DNA of 64,000 nucleotides from NCBI GenBank assembly GCA_046483495.1, contig JAWODC010000067.1, positions 1-64,000 of the forward strand, written 5' to 3'. The notes beneath the pieces were generated by a model. It was given only the letters and a program-made list of their open reading frames with translations, was not told the DNA's origin and did not search any database. Shown here piece by piece: positions 19,183 to 27,789 of the stretch. The translations under genes and the position numbers were made by a program. This DNA comes from Desulfobacterales bacterium. GTDB taxonomy: Bacteria > Desulfobacterota > Desulfobacteria > Desulfobacterales > UBA5616. The first letter of the stretch is position 1; the number at the start of each line of letters is the position of its first letter.

Positions 19183-20880
19183 CTAAACCGTGATGCTGTT
19201 TACCAGCGCGGTCAACCGGGGAACCGTTGGATTCCAATTTTCCAGGTTTGATTTCAGGGTGGCAACCGCTTGCGGTATGTATGCCTCGAACCCGGTTTTC
19301 CCCTTTTGCCGGCTCAAGAATCCAAAGGCTCCGAGCATTTGGAGATTCCTCGTAAGTGAACAGGCATCATACCCGGCATAAAAGAAATCGCATGAAATCG
19401 GCACGATTTTGGAAATTGCATCGAAAGCGTATTTCAGCAGATGGGACCGGACAGTGTCTTCAAGGGCTACGTAGGGATCAATCAGCAGCGAGGCCAGGTC
19501 ATACTGAAAAGGGCCGGTTCTTCCACCCTGGAAATCGATAAAGTAACATTTTCCGGCGTTCACCATGATGTTTCGAGACTGCATATCCCGGTGCATAAAC
19601 CCCCAAACGGCGTGCTCGAGAGCGGCCTTCGCCAGGAGCGTGTACTCAGGCAGTAAATCATCGAAGTGAATATCCAATCCCATGTATGCGTTGAGAAAGG
19701 CGTCGGTAAAGTACCGGCATTCCTTTTCCAGGATCAGGTCGATGTTATAGCGGGCACTCTGGTATGTCCAGGCCGGATCGAACCCCGCGGATCCATGGAT
19801 GCATAATCGGACGAGATCCGTGATGACTTTTTTGTACCAATTGAGGATATCGTTGTCGTTTCGGTGTGCGAGAATGGTGTCCTGGAGACTGGTATTTCCT
19901 AAATCCTCGACGAACACCAGACCGGAAAAGGGATCGGAAAGAATAATTTTCGGAACAGGGATTCGTTTTTCGTACAGGTGGCGTCCGATGGCGATAAATG
20001 CATCGATTTCCGAAACCCTGTTTATATCCTCGGGTCGGCGCAGGCCATGATCCGCCAGAATCAGTGAATTCTCAGATGACGTCAACCGGTACCAGGCCCT
20101 ATCGGAGCCGTCTCCTTTTAAAGGCTCATATCGGATAGGGGCTGTCGGGAAATGAGAGAATGCCTGTTTAAATGCGGCCGGGGCCGTCCTGTCGAGAACA
20201 GCCTGCCGGTACCGTTCAGGGCTGCCGATGTCTTTCCAGTAAAATTTCTCCGGCTTGTACGCCCGCAGCTTGAGGCGGCATTGCAGCATGCGGCTGTAGG
20301 CGTCAATGCTGGAGTAAAACCGGTTTTCGGGGATGAAATCCAAAACGGACGGATCCACCGCCTGAATGCCGGTAAAGGTGACATGCTGCAAATTGGTAGT
20401 CGATGTGCCACCTTCGGATAGAGAAAATGACACGATATCGAACTTTTCATCTACGGCCACGGTATTGAACTCCGGATCATCGCAGATGACCAGGGTCGCC
20501 GGATGGGGATGGGTTAAATGGAATCGGTAAAGGGCGGCAAAATCGATATCCGCAACGATGTCGCCGTTGACGACCAAAAAAGGGTCGTTTGCCCACACAT
20601 GGGCCAGGCTTTTCATGGCCCCGCCGGTCCCCAGGATTTCAGGTTCGTAGTGAGCCGTCACCGGGACCGGATATCTGCGGTGCTGCAGGAACCGTTCTAT
20701 CTCCCCGTGGAGATGATGGGTGTTGATGACAATCGTATCGCAGCCGGCGCCAATAAGGGCCTGGACGGTGATGTCAATTATCGGCCGGCCGTCGCCAATC
20801 GGGAAGAGCGGTTTGGGAATCGTGTCGGTATACGGTCTGAGCCGGGTTCCAAAACCGGCCGCCAGGATTAAGGCTTTCAT
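19183..20880 (-). CDS. Fused nucleotidyltransferase (MurU-like) / sugar kinase (AmgK-like, APH fold)
   Basis: N-terminal ILAAGFGTRLRPYT..PKPL; C-terminal GDGSDRAWYR, VEDLG, HRDMQSRNIM, IDFQGGR and YDLASLL. Confidence 0.88.
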   Translation of the reverse strand: MKALILAAGFGTRLRPYTDTIPKPLFPIGDGRPIIDITVQALIGAGCDTIVINTHHLHGEIERFLQHRRYPVPVTAHYEPEILGTGGAMKSLAHVWANDPFLVVNGDIVADIDFAALYRFHLTHPHPATLVICDDPEFNTVAVDEKFDIVSFSLSEGGTSTTNLQHVTFTGIQAVDPSVLDFIPENRFYSSIDAYSRMLQCRLKLRAYKPEKFYWKDIGSPERYRQAVLDRTAPAAFKQAFSHFPTAPIRYEPLKGDGSDRAWYRLTSSENSLILADHGLRRPEDINRVSEIDAFIAIGRHLYEKRIPVPKIILSDPFSGLVFVEDLGNTSLQDTILAHRNDNDILNWYKKVITDLVRLCIHGSAGFDPAWTYQSARYNIDLILEKECRYFTDAFLNAYMGLDIHFDDLLPEYTLLAKAALEHAVWGFMHRDMQSRNIMVNAGKCYFIDFQGGRTGPFQYDLASLLIDPYVALEDTVRSHLLKYAFDAISKIVPISCDFFYAGYDACSLTRNLQMLGAFGFLSRQKGKTGFEAYIPQAVATLKSNLENWNPTVPRLTALVNSITV

Positions 20881-20893
20881 TTTCTGCGATTTT

Positions 20894-23515
20894 CTATCTT
20901 CTCAGGACATCGAGGAACCGTTGTATTTCTCCGGCATATATCGCCAGCTGTTCATCAGTTTCCGATTTTTTAAATCCATTGGTCAAAAAAGCTTCTGCAG
21001 CATTAGTAAAGTTCATTCGAGACAGCGATTCCTTGCGTTCAATTTCACGATTTTTGTACATGGCCGCCCCGACAGTGTGCAATTTCTTGACGCGATCTTT
21101 TGCAGATATGCCGTTTTCCTTGTTCTCGAGAAAGTAGTGAACGGCAACCAGATAGGATTCCATGTAGGACGCAAGGAATTGAGAGAATGCCTCCAGGCTT
21201 CTCAATCCTGCCGATGTAATATTATAGGTGTCCGGTAATGTAGGGTGAGGAACAAGTGCGGCTTCATCGATAAACGCCTTTATCGATTTTCGGACCGTAT
21301 ATTCAGGCGGGCGACTGATGTCGCTGAAAAACTCGTTTCTGAAAAGGTTCTGGATAAACAGGTAATCATCATAAATATTCGATGCGCTGAACTGGAAGGA
21401 ATCCCGTTTGAGAATGGCCAGTGCCGTATAGGCCAACGGAACAAAATACGTAACGCAACTGTTTTTATAATATTCAAGCCCCGGCCTGCGGGATTCGTTG
21501 ACAAGGTATTGGGCATCCTCGAGGGGGACGTTTTTTTCACTTGAAATCTTCTCGATCATCTTCCGCTGCTCGTAATCCTCGAGGACGCTTTTGATGGCAT
21601 ATCGATAGTCGATAAGGAGTGTGTCGGCCAAATCGGCGCCTTGATAACCGAGATAGTTTATGTACATCCTGATCTGCTTCATCAGGGTATCAAATGCAAA
21701 ATAATTCGACTTCATATTTAGAATTGCGCATGCAACCAAGGCGTGAGGCGTCACGATCGTGTTTCGATCGATTGCATTGACGACCCGGTGGCCGAGTTCC
21801 CTGCAGAAGGCATTTTGTTCTTTTGGCGTCATGTCGTTCAATCGGGCATGTTTCTCGTTTAAAAGGGCATTCAACGACATGGGTTCATGAAAACGAACAT
21901 ATATTTTTCCGTACCTTTTTTTCAGAAATTTCCGGGCCCTGATCAACTGGGACAAGTCTTCGGATTTTTTTTGAGCCCCTTCGAGTTCGTTTAAATACGA
22001 ACTTTCCTCCAGGACGCGGTCATAGCCGACATAAACCGGAACAAATATAAGGTCGTCGCAGGCCCCGTTTTTATAGGCATTGAGCAGTATGGATAAAAAA
22101 CCGAGCTTGGGGGGCAGCAGTTTCCCGGTTCGGCTTCGTGTACCCTCGATGAAAAATTCGACGGTGAACCCTTCTTCAAGCATTTTGTACACGTATTCGG
22201 CAAAAATTTTGGAGTAAAGAACAGCCCCCTTGAATGTCCTTCGAATGAAAAAGGCGCCGCCGCTTCTGAAAATCGGGCCCAGCGGCCAAAAGGAAAGGTT
22301 TTTTCCGGCTGCGACATGCGGGCACTGCATATTGTTTTGGTACAAAATATAAGAAAGAATAAGGTAGTCTATATGGCTTTTATGGCAGGGAACCAAAACC
22401 AAGGGGCCGTTGAGTGACATCAATTTGACCTTGTTCAGTTCATCTTCATTTATGGTGACACCGTCGAACATCAGGCGAATCATCCACCGGACCACTTTTT
22501 CCAATATCAATATCATCGTGGGCCTGTAATTGGCTGCGATTTCCTCCAAATATTCATCGGCTTCTTTGTGGATTTTTTGAAGGGGGATATTCCTGCTTTC
22601 TGAGAAATGGCCCATGAAATCCCGCATGCGTTCATGGGTTAGAATCCCTTCCTTGATTTCCTGCCGACTCTTCAATATCGGCCCGGTAATGCTCTGGCGA
22701 TGACGGTTGATTTGAAGCAGGAGGTTTCGCCGCAAGATTAAGGAGAGATATTCATTCGGGGTCGATTCATTTTCGTATCGGGCTAAAAATTGTCTCAGGT
22801 CGACCGGTTTGGAAATCTCGATGAAAATTTTTTCGGGTTTTTTGAACAGGGTGGATGACTTCCGAATGATTCCGGGAACTTCACTGGCTCGAAATACCTT
22901 TTGCTTGCTGGGTTTTTTATTGAAAAACATCAGTTGGGGAACGATGTAAACCGGGCGGTCGGTGTTTCTTTGGAGTTCTATGAGGTAATGTATGGGATCG
23001 GTTTTTTCTTTGACGAAACGCCTGTAAAACCCTTTTTTTTCCACGAGGGAAAGGAAACCGATTTTTCCGGATAAGAGCTCCCTGTGGATATAGCCATCCG
23101 AATACGGATCCTGAAAACGTCCATGTTTGATAACAAAATCCGCATGTGAAAGGCCGATTCGGATGATCCGCATCAGCGGCTGCCAGGCATAAATATGATA
23201 ATCCAGCCCGATTTGAGGAAAAGGAAGTTTTTCTTTTTTATATCGTGAATAATAGAACAGGTAATCAAAGCGGCTTTTAAATTTATTGGCATAAACGATT
23301 ACGGCTTCTTTGGGGATGTCGTTCAACGCCGCCCGTTGATTCGGTTTGATATCGATGCCCGAATAAAACAGATCGAGTATAAAGTCCGAGAGAATGCCGA
23401 TTCTCTCCGGTAAAAATATGCTGTAATGATCATGGGTGTGCCTGAGAACGGCATCGATCCAGGACCTGACTTTTCCGGTAATTCTCCTCCATGAAAGTAT
23501 TCTGGTTCTAAGCAT
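20894..23515 (-). CDS. plsB: Glycerol-3-phosphate acyltransferase PlsB-like
   Basis: PCHKSHIDY (HxxxxD), GAFFIRR and FFIEGTRSRTGK motifs. Confidence 0.9.
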   Translation of the reverse strand: MLRTRILSWRRITGKVRSWIDAVLRHTHDHYSIFLPERIGILSDFILDLFYSGIDIKPNQRAALNDIPKEAVIVYANKFKSRFDYLFYYSRYKKEKLPFPQIGLDYHIYAWQPLMRIIRIGLSHADFVIKHGRFQDPYSDGYIHRELLSGKIGFLSLVEKKGFYRRFVKEKTDPIHYLIELQRNTDRPVYIVPQLMFFNKKPSKQKVFRASEVPGIIRKSSTLFKKPEKIFIEISKPVDLRQFLARYENESTPNEYLSLILRRNLLLQINRHRQSITGPILKSRQEIKEGILTHERMRDFMGHFSESRNIPLQKIHKEADEYLEEIAANYRPTMILILEKVVRWMIRLMFDGVTINEDELNKVKLMSLNGPLVLVPCHKSHIDYLILSYILYQNNMQCPHVAAGKNLSFWPLGPIFRSGGAFFIRRTFKGAVLYSKIFAEYVYKMLEEGFTVEFFIEGTRSRTGKLLPPKLGFLSILLNAYKNGACDDLIFVPVYVGYDRVLEESSYLNELEGAQKKSEDLSQLIRARKFLKKRYGKIYVRFHEPMSLNALLNEKHARLNDMTPKEQNAFCRELGHRVVNAIDRNTIVTPHALVACAILNMKSNYFAFDTLMKQIRMYINYLGYQGADLADTLLIDYRYAIKSVLEDYEQRKMIEKISSEKNVPLEDAQYLVNESRRPGLEYYKNSCVTYFVPLAYTALAILKRDSFQFSASNIYDDYLFIQNLFRNEFFSDISRPPEYTVRKSIKAFIDEAALVPHPTLPDTYNITSAGLRSLEAFSQFLASYMESYLVAVHYFLENKENGISAKDRVKKLHTVGAAMYKNREIERKESLSRMNFTNAAEAFLTNGFKKSETDEQLAIYAGEIQRFLDVLRR

Positions 23516-23531
23516 GATTCGGATATCCCCT

Positions 23532-23679
23532 TAGAAGTGGTTTCAAAACCTCCCCTCAGGCCCAATATCGGCGTTGGGATGAAGGATTCAATACTCAAAA
23601 TACGCTATGTATTCCTGCGCTTGAATCCTTCCTCCCGCCTTGATCTTGGACCTGACTGAAGGTTTTGAAACCACTTCTA
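23532..23679 (+). repeat. Dispersed hairpin element, copy A (148 bp, 20-bp perfect terminal inverted repeat)
   Basis: TAGAAGTGGTTTCAAAACCT...AGGTTTTGAAACCACTTCTA; inner stem GAAGGATTCAA/TTGAATCCTTC around CTCAAAATAC-GCTAT-GTATTCCTGCG. Confidence 0.85.
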
Positions 23680-23702
23680 TATACATGGTGCCATTCGTTG
23701 CA

Positions 23703-23850
23703 TGGTGCCCGTCCGAAGACGGCTGATTCACTCCATTTCTGCGATGGACGGAAAATTGTTAATACGTAAAATGCCTTGAGTACTCCTGCGATTGAAATTT
23801 CCCGGCCGCCTTGAAATGAAGCGAATTTTCTCATTTTTGGATGGAAACTA
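23703..23850 (+). repeat. Dispersed hairpin element, copy B (148 bp)
   Basis: TGGTGCCCGTCCGAAGACGGCTGATTCACTCCATTTCTGCG...GTACTCCTGCG...GCCTTGAA...CATTTTTGGATGGAAACTA; aligns end to end with copy C. Confidence 0.8.
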
Positions 23851-24168
23851 CACAAACGCGTACCGGTCCCCTTGGAAGGGCCCCCGCTTTGTAAAATCCT
23901 CGGATACGGAAAACCTGAAGATGAAAAAAATAAAAGCTATCAGACCGACAAATTCAAAGCAACAACAATTTGTGATATTTTTATATCAACCATAAAAAAA
24001 AATAAAAACAACTAGTTGTTATGTAGAATGGCTCTTTGGTGCCCTCGACATCCAAATAAAAAACTTGCGTTGTCAACCATCATATGTTAATTAAATTTTG
24101 TTTTAGAGATATTTAACCCTTTGAAAATGAATGAAAAAATCCTCTTTTTACATGGGGTGGTTAAAACG

Positions 24169-24224
24169 AAGCAGGATCTGGGAAGTAGGATCTGGTAAGC
24201 AGGATCTGGGAAGTAGGATCTTGA
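24169..24224 (+). repeat. Tandem repeat, 4 x 14 bp (core AAGYAGGATCT)
   Basis: AAGCAGGATCTGGG/AAGTAGGATCTGGT/AAGCAGGATCTGGG/AAGTAGGATCTTGA. Confidence 0.9.
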
Positions 24225-24281
24225 TAGATTAGAAAATAAGTAGGTGTCGGCATTTGATAACATTAAAGGAGGGATTTTTTT

Positions 24282-24557
24282 ATGAAGACGTTAATCGGTG
24301 GCGCAATAGCGGCTGTTTTGGGTGTGATCGGTCTGGCGGTATGGTTCGAGGCCTTTTTGCAGTTGCTTGCCGGTGTCATTCCGGCGATGCTCTTGTTGGG
24401 AGGCGGATTGGCCCTATATCTCGGGTTCGATGAACTGAAAGATACGTGGAAAAAAGACGAACCGGCCGTTGGCGTGGATGTCGATGAAACGGAAAAATAC
24501 AAACAAGAAATCGACGACCTCAAACAAGAAATCGAAACCCTTAAAAAAGAAAAATAA
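24282..24557 (+). CDS. Small two-TM membrane protein with C-terminal coiled coil (MamI-like pattern)
   Basis: Strong RBS AAGGAGG; two hydrophobic helices; heptad tail KQEIDDLKQEIETL; followed by a terminator. Confidence 0.85.
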   Translation: MKTLIGGAIAAVLGVIGLAVWFEAFLQLLAGVIPAMLLLGGGLALYLGFDELKDTWKKDEPAVGVDVDETEKYKQEIDDLKQEIETLKKEK

Positions 24558-24591
24558 TCATTTGAAGATTTAATAAATTAAGCAAGAGCAT

Positions 24592-24632
24592 AAGAGCCCC
24601 CGTTTAAAAAACGTCAGGGCTCTTGTTTTTTT
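24592..24632 (+). terminator. Rho-independent terminator
   Basis: AAGAGCCC...GGGCTCTT stem followed by GTTTTTTT. Confidence 0.7.
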
Positions 24633-25317
24633 ATGCCCGCCTTGCCACCGCCTCCACCGCCAAACGATCCGCGATTTCATTTTCCCGGTGACCCGCATGC
24701 CCCTTAACCTTGACAAAGGCGATATCGTTATAAGCGGCAATCAGGTCTTTCAGGGACTGGACGAGCCGGACATTTTTTCTCGGTTTCCACCCCAACGCCA
24801 GAACGCCGACAGCATATGTACTGTCCGTATATACTCGTACCGGGATCGCTTTATTTTTAATTTCCGATAATCCCGCTTTAATGGCCTCGAGTTCGGCGAT
24901 ATTATTGGTGGCATTTCCGATGTATTTCGAAATGTATTTCTCCCTGCCCTTGTATTTCAGCAACACCCCGATTCCTGAAGGACCGGGATTGCCGGAAGAT
25001 GCGCCGTCCGTATAAACGAAAATCGTATTTTCCGGGAGGGGTTCACCTTTTGGTTTAACCGGTTTTGGTGCGTCTGTTTTCTTTTTTCGGGGTGTTTTCT
25101 TCGATGCTTCGCCTTCGATTCGAGAAACGGCATCGAGAGAATGGATATCGTTTTCGTTGACCCGGTATTCATAATCGTGATCGAGCCGATACTTGATGAT
25201 GACTTTGCCGTTTTCCAAAACAGGCCTTCCGTCGGGATCGGTTTTCACCCATATTTTGTTTGTCCTGAATCCCATTCTCTTCCAGTGCCTGCCGTCTTCT
25301 GTCTTTTTCATCTGCAT
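24631..25317 (-). CDS. rnhA: Ribonuclease HI with N-terminal extension domain
   Basis: VYTDGASSGNPGPSG, TNNIAELEAI, YTDSTY and VKGHAGHRENEIADRLA motifs. Confidence 0.92.
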   Translation of the reverse strand: MQMKKTEDGRHWKRMGFRTNKIWVKTDPDGRPVLENGKVIIKYRLDHDYEYRVNENDIHSLDAVSRIEGEASKKTPRKKKTDAPKPVKPKGEPLPENTIFVYTDGASSGNPGPSGIGVLLKYKGREKYISKYIGNATNNIAELEAIKAGLSEIKNKAIPVRVYTDSTYAVGVLALGWKPRKNVRLVQSLKDLIAAYNDIAFVKVKGHAGHRENEIADRLAVEAVARRA

Positions 25318-25372
25318 TCGGATCACCTGTCAATATCTCGTGTTTCCGGTAAAACCATCGATCGTGTTCGGT

Positions 25373-26131
25373 TTACCATTTGCGGTGGGAGGTTGCGGGT
25401 TCGGATATGTCGACAGGCTCTCCATTGAGGACTGCTCTGGGTACGGCATTGACCATTCTGTCGGCTTCTTCCCTATTTCTCAAGATTTTTCCGGCAATTT
25501 CAATCGCTCGGGAAAGAACGGGAGGCCGTCCGTATGCCGAATGGGCGTCGGAAGCGATAATATGCACGAGCCTTTTGTTCAACAGGTCATGGACGCACTT
25601 CATGACATCGTCTCCAAACCCGCCGGTGATGCTGGTGCTGTTTACCTGAATCAAACAGCCGGTTTTGATCAATTCAATAAGGATGTCGTTGTGCATATGA
25701 ACCATCGGATTTCTCTCGGGGTGGGCGATTACGGGGGTGACACCGTTGATCAACAGGTGGAACAGCTCTTCCTTGAACCCGAACGGAACCTGCTGAAACG
25801 GAAATTCAATCAGGGCATAGCGCCTGTTCTCATCCAGGAAAACGGCTTCGCCGTTGATAATCCGTTTCGCCAGTTCCGGGCAGATATGAATTTCCATGCC
25901 GGCGTAAAGGATCAGTGGGATGGTTTCGATTTCGATTATCCGTCGAAATTCCGAAACCGCTCTTTCGATGGTATCCGGCATATTTGCAAAAGAACTCCCA
26001 AGCCCATGGGGCGTTGCGATTATGGTATGGATACCGTCTTCTATCGCCCGGCGTGCCATTGCAAGACTTTCAACGATATTTTCCGGCCCGTCGTCAAGGC
26101 CGGGGAGCAGGTGGCAGTGCAAATCAATCAA
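25373..26131 (-). CDS. PHP-family tyrosine-protein phosphatase (CpsB/CapC/YwqE type)
   Basis: MIDLHCHLLPGLDDG, ATPH, AHPERN and ASDAH motifs. Confidence 0.93.
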   Translation of the reverse strand: MIDLHCHLLPGLDDGPENIVESLAMARRAIEDGIHTIIATPHGLGSSFANMPDTIERAVSEFRRIIEIETIPLILYAGMEIHICPELAKRIINGEAVFLDENRRYALIEFPFQQVPFGFKEELFHLLINGVTPVIAHPERNPMVHMHNDILIELIKTGCLIQVNSTSITGGFGDDVMKCVHDLLNKRLVHIIASDAHSAYGRPPVLSRAIEIAGKILRNREEADRMVNAVPRAVLNGEPVDISEPATSHRKW

Positions 26132-26990
26132 ATGAAAAAGTCCCTTTCATACGCTCCGACTGTACAATAAACCAGGGGTTTAGAAGATTTTCTTTGTTGT
26201 AGACCAACGGTTTTTGGGTATTGCGGTCCAATACACACATGCCGGCATTTTCCGCAATCGCCTGACCGGCTGCCGTATCCCATTCCATTGTGGGGCCGAA
26301 CCGTGGATAAATATCCGCCGATCCTTCCGCCACCAGGCAGAATTTCATTGAACTGCCTGCCGATATAAACGTCACTTTTTCTTTTTGTCGTTTGATGGTT
26401 TGCACAAAGGATTCGAGTTCAGCCGATGCATGGGAACGACTGCCCACGATCGTGAATGCATCGCTGCCGGTTTTTTCAAGCGGCAGTCTCGATGCCGTTT
26501 TCAACAGGGCGTCTACCGCCTTCCCGGAAAACGGAGAAAGCCGTGCGCTTCTTAAAAAAGCATCGGCATCAACCCGTTTAAAAGACCCCGTGGATTGAAA
26601 CCCGAAGAACAGCAAATCCCTTATCGGAATGTACACGACGCCCATTATCGGGGTGTGATGTTCAACCAGTGCGATGTTGACCGTGAATTCACCGTTTCGG
26701 TTGACAAACTCTTTTGTTCCGTCCAGCGGATCGACAATCCATAGCCTGTGCCATTTTCGGCGAACCCTGTAAGAGAAGCTTTTCCCTTCTTCACTCAGCA
26801 GAGGAATATGAAACGGTCTCAGGCTCCTTACGATAATATCGTGGGAAAGACGGTCGGCTTGCGTTAACGGTGAACGGTCCGCCTTGCGGTGAACCGTAAA
26901 ATCGCTTCGATAGATTTCCAGGATGGCTTTTCCCGCTTCTACGGCCGCATTTGCCGCTGCGACGAGGTATGGATCGATGATGAACGACAT
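26124..26990 (-). CDS. cysQ: 3'(2'),5'-bisphosphate nucleotidase CysQ
   Basis: KADRSPLTQAD, LSEE, VDPLDGTKEF, GSSMKFC and WDTAAGQ motifs. Confidence 0.95.
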   Translation of the reverse strand: MSFIIDPYLVAAANAAVEAGKAILEIYRSDFTVHRKADRSPLTQADRLSHDIIVRSLRPFHIPLLSEEGKSFSYRVRRKWHRLWIVDPLDGTKEFVNRNGEFTVNIALVEHHTPIMGVVYIPIRDLLFFGFQSTGSFKRVDADAFLRSARLSPFSGKAVDALLKTASRLPLEKTGSDAFTIVGSRSHASAELESFVQTIKRQKEKVTFISAGSSMKFCLVAEGSADIYPRFGPTMEWDTAAGQAIAENAGMCVLDRNTQKPLVYNKENLLNPWFIVQSERMKGTFSFD

Positions 26991-26991
26991 T

Positions 26992-27789
26992 CTATAAAAA
27001 TACGGATTCAAAGTAGGTTTGTGCCCTCACTAATGCAGGTAGGTCGTCGATGCCCATGGATTCCATTTCATTTTTCGCGGTTGTATATCTGACACGCAGG
27101 CCGTCGTTGACCATGTATTCCACTATATCGGTGATAAAGTACTCGGAAATCTCGGTTTTTTCCCCATCGATTTCTTTTACCACCTTGCGGGGGGTCGCAG
27201 CCAGTCGAGGCATATAACGGATCAGCGTTTCCCGTCTGGCGGCGTAGATTCCTGAGTTGCACGTGGTCATGCGAAGTCGGTCTTCTGCTGGAAATGCGCG
27301 CCAGTATTTCCATTCGATTATCTTTTCAACACAGCCATTCGAGATCTGCAACAGGCCGTATTGTTTTTTGTCCATGGGGGTAAATCCTAAAACGGCAAGG
27401 CCGGCGGTTTCCAACCGGGTGATCAGGTGCATATAGGATGAATTGCTGACAAAGGGGACGTCACCCATTGTGATGATAATGTAAGGGCAATCCGTTGTCT
27501 CGATGAATTTCCTCGCCGCCAGCAGCGCTCCGCCGGTACCGTTCAATTGGGGCTGTTCGCAATATGTCAGACCGAACCCCCGCGTCTGCTCGAAAATGTC
27601 CTCCTTGCCGTGATTCACCACGACGGCTTTGGGTCCCGGGGGCAGGCTTTTCAAAATATTGAGCAGTATCGGATGCCTTCCCTGAAACGGCGAACTTTCC
27701 GGCATCAGCGGCAAGAGGGCTTTGCTCCCGTCGTAACCTTTCATGCGGCTTCCGCGGCCGGCGGCCATGATGATGGAGGCTGTCTTCAT
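26992..27789 (-). CDS. Sugar-phosphate nucleotidyltransferase (GlmU N-terminal domain-like, no acetyltransferase domain)
   Basis: IMAAGRGSRMK, QLNGTGGA, MGDVPF, CNSGIY and EYFITD motifs. Confidence 0.8.
   Translation of the reverse strand: MKTASIIMAAGRGSRMKGYDGSKALLPLMPESSPFQGRHPILLNILKSLPPGPKAVVVNHGKEDIFEQTRGFGLTYCEQPQLNGTGGALLAARKFIETTDCPYIIITMGDVPFVSNSSYMHLITRLETAGLAVLGFTPMDKKQYGLLQISNGCVEKIIEWKYWRAFPAEDRLRMTTCNSGIYAARRETLIRYMPRLAATPRKVVKEIDGEKTEISEYFITDIVEYMVNDGLRVRYTTAKNEMESMGIDDLPALVRAQTYFESVFL

Noticed and set aside
23595..23995. Short ORFs 23595-23855 and 23792-23995 (likewise 31403-31732, 57475-57720, 57941-58195, 59826-60008)
   Set aside because: They are translations across hairpin-element copies; shared peptides such as KWSESA and QCPSING reflect the DNA repeat, not a protein family.
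24169..24224. Possible mini CRISPR array
   Set aside because: Units are 14 bp and contiguous with no spacers; no cas genes are in the window.
23900..24260. Possible replication origin (AT-rich region plus GATC repeats)
   Set aside because: No TTATCCACA-type DnaA boxes were seen and there is no dnaA/dnaN/gidA context.
25193..26170. 325-aa + strand ORF
   Set aside because: Antisense shadow of the well-supported CpsB-type phosphatase gene; no recognisable motifs.
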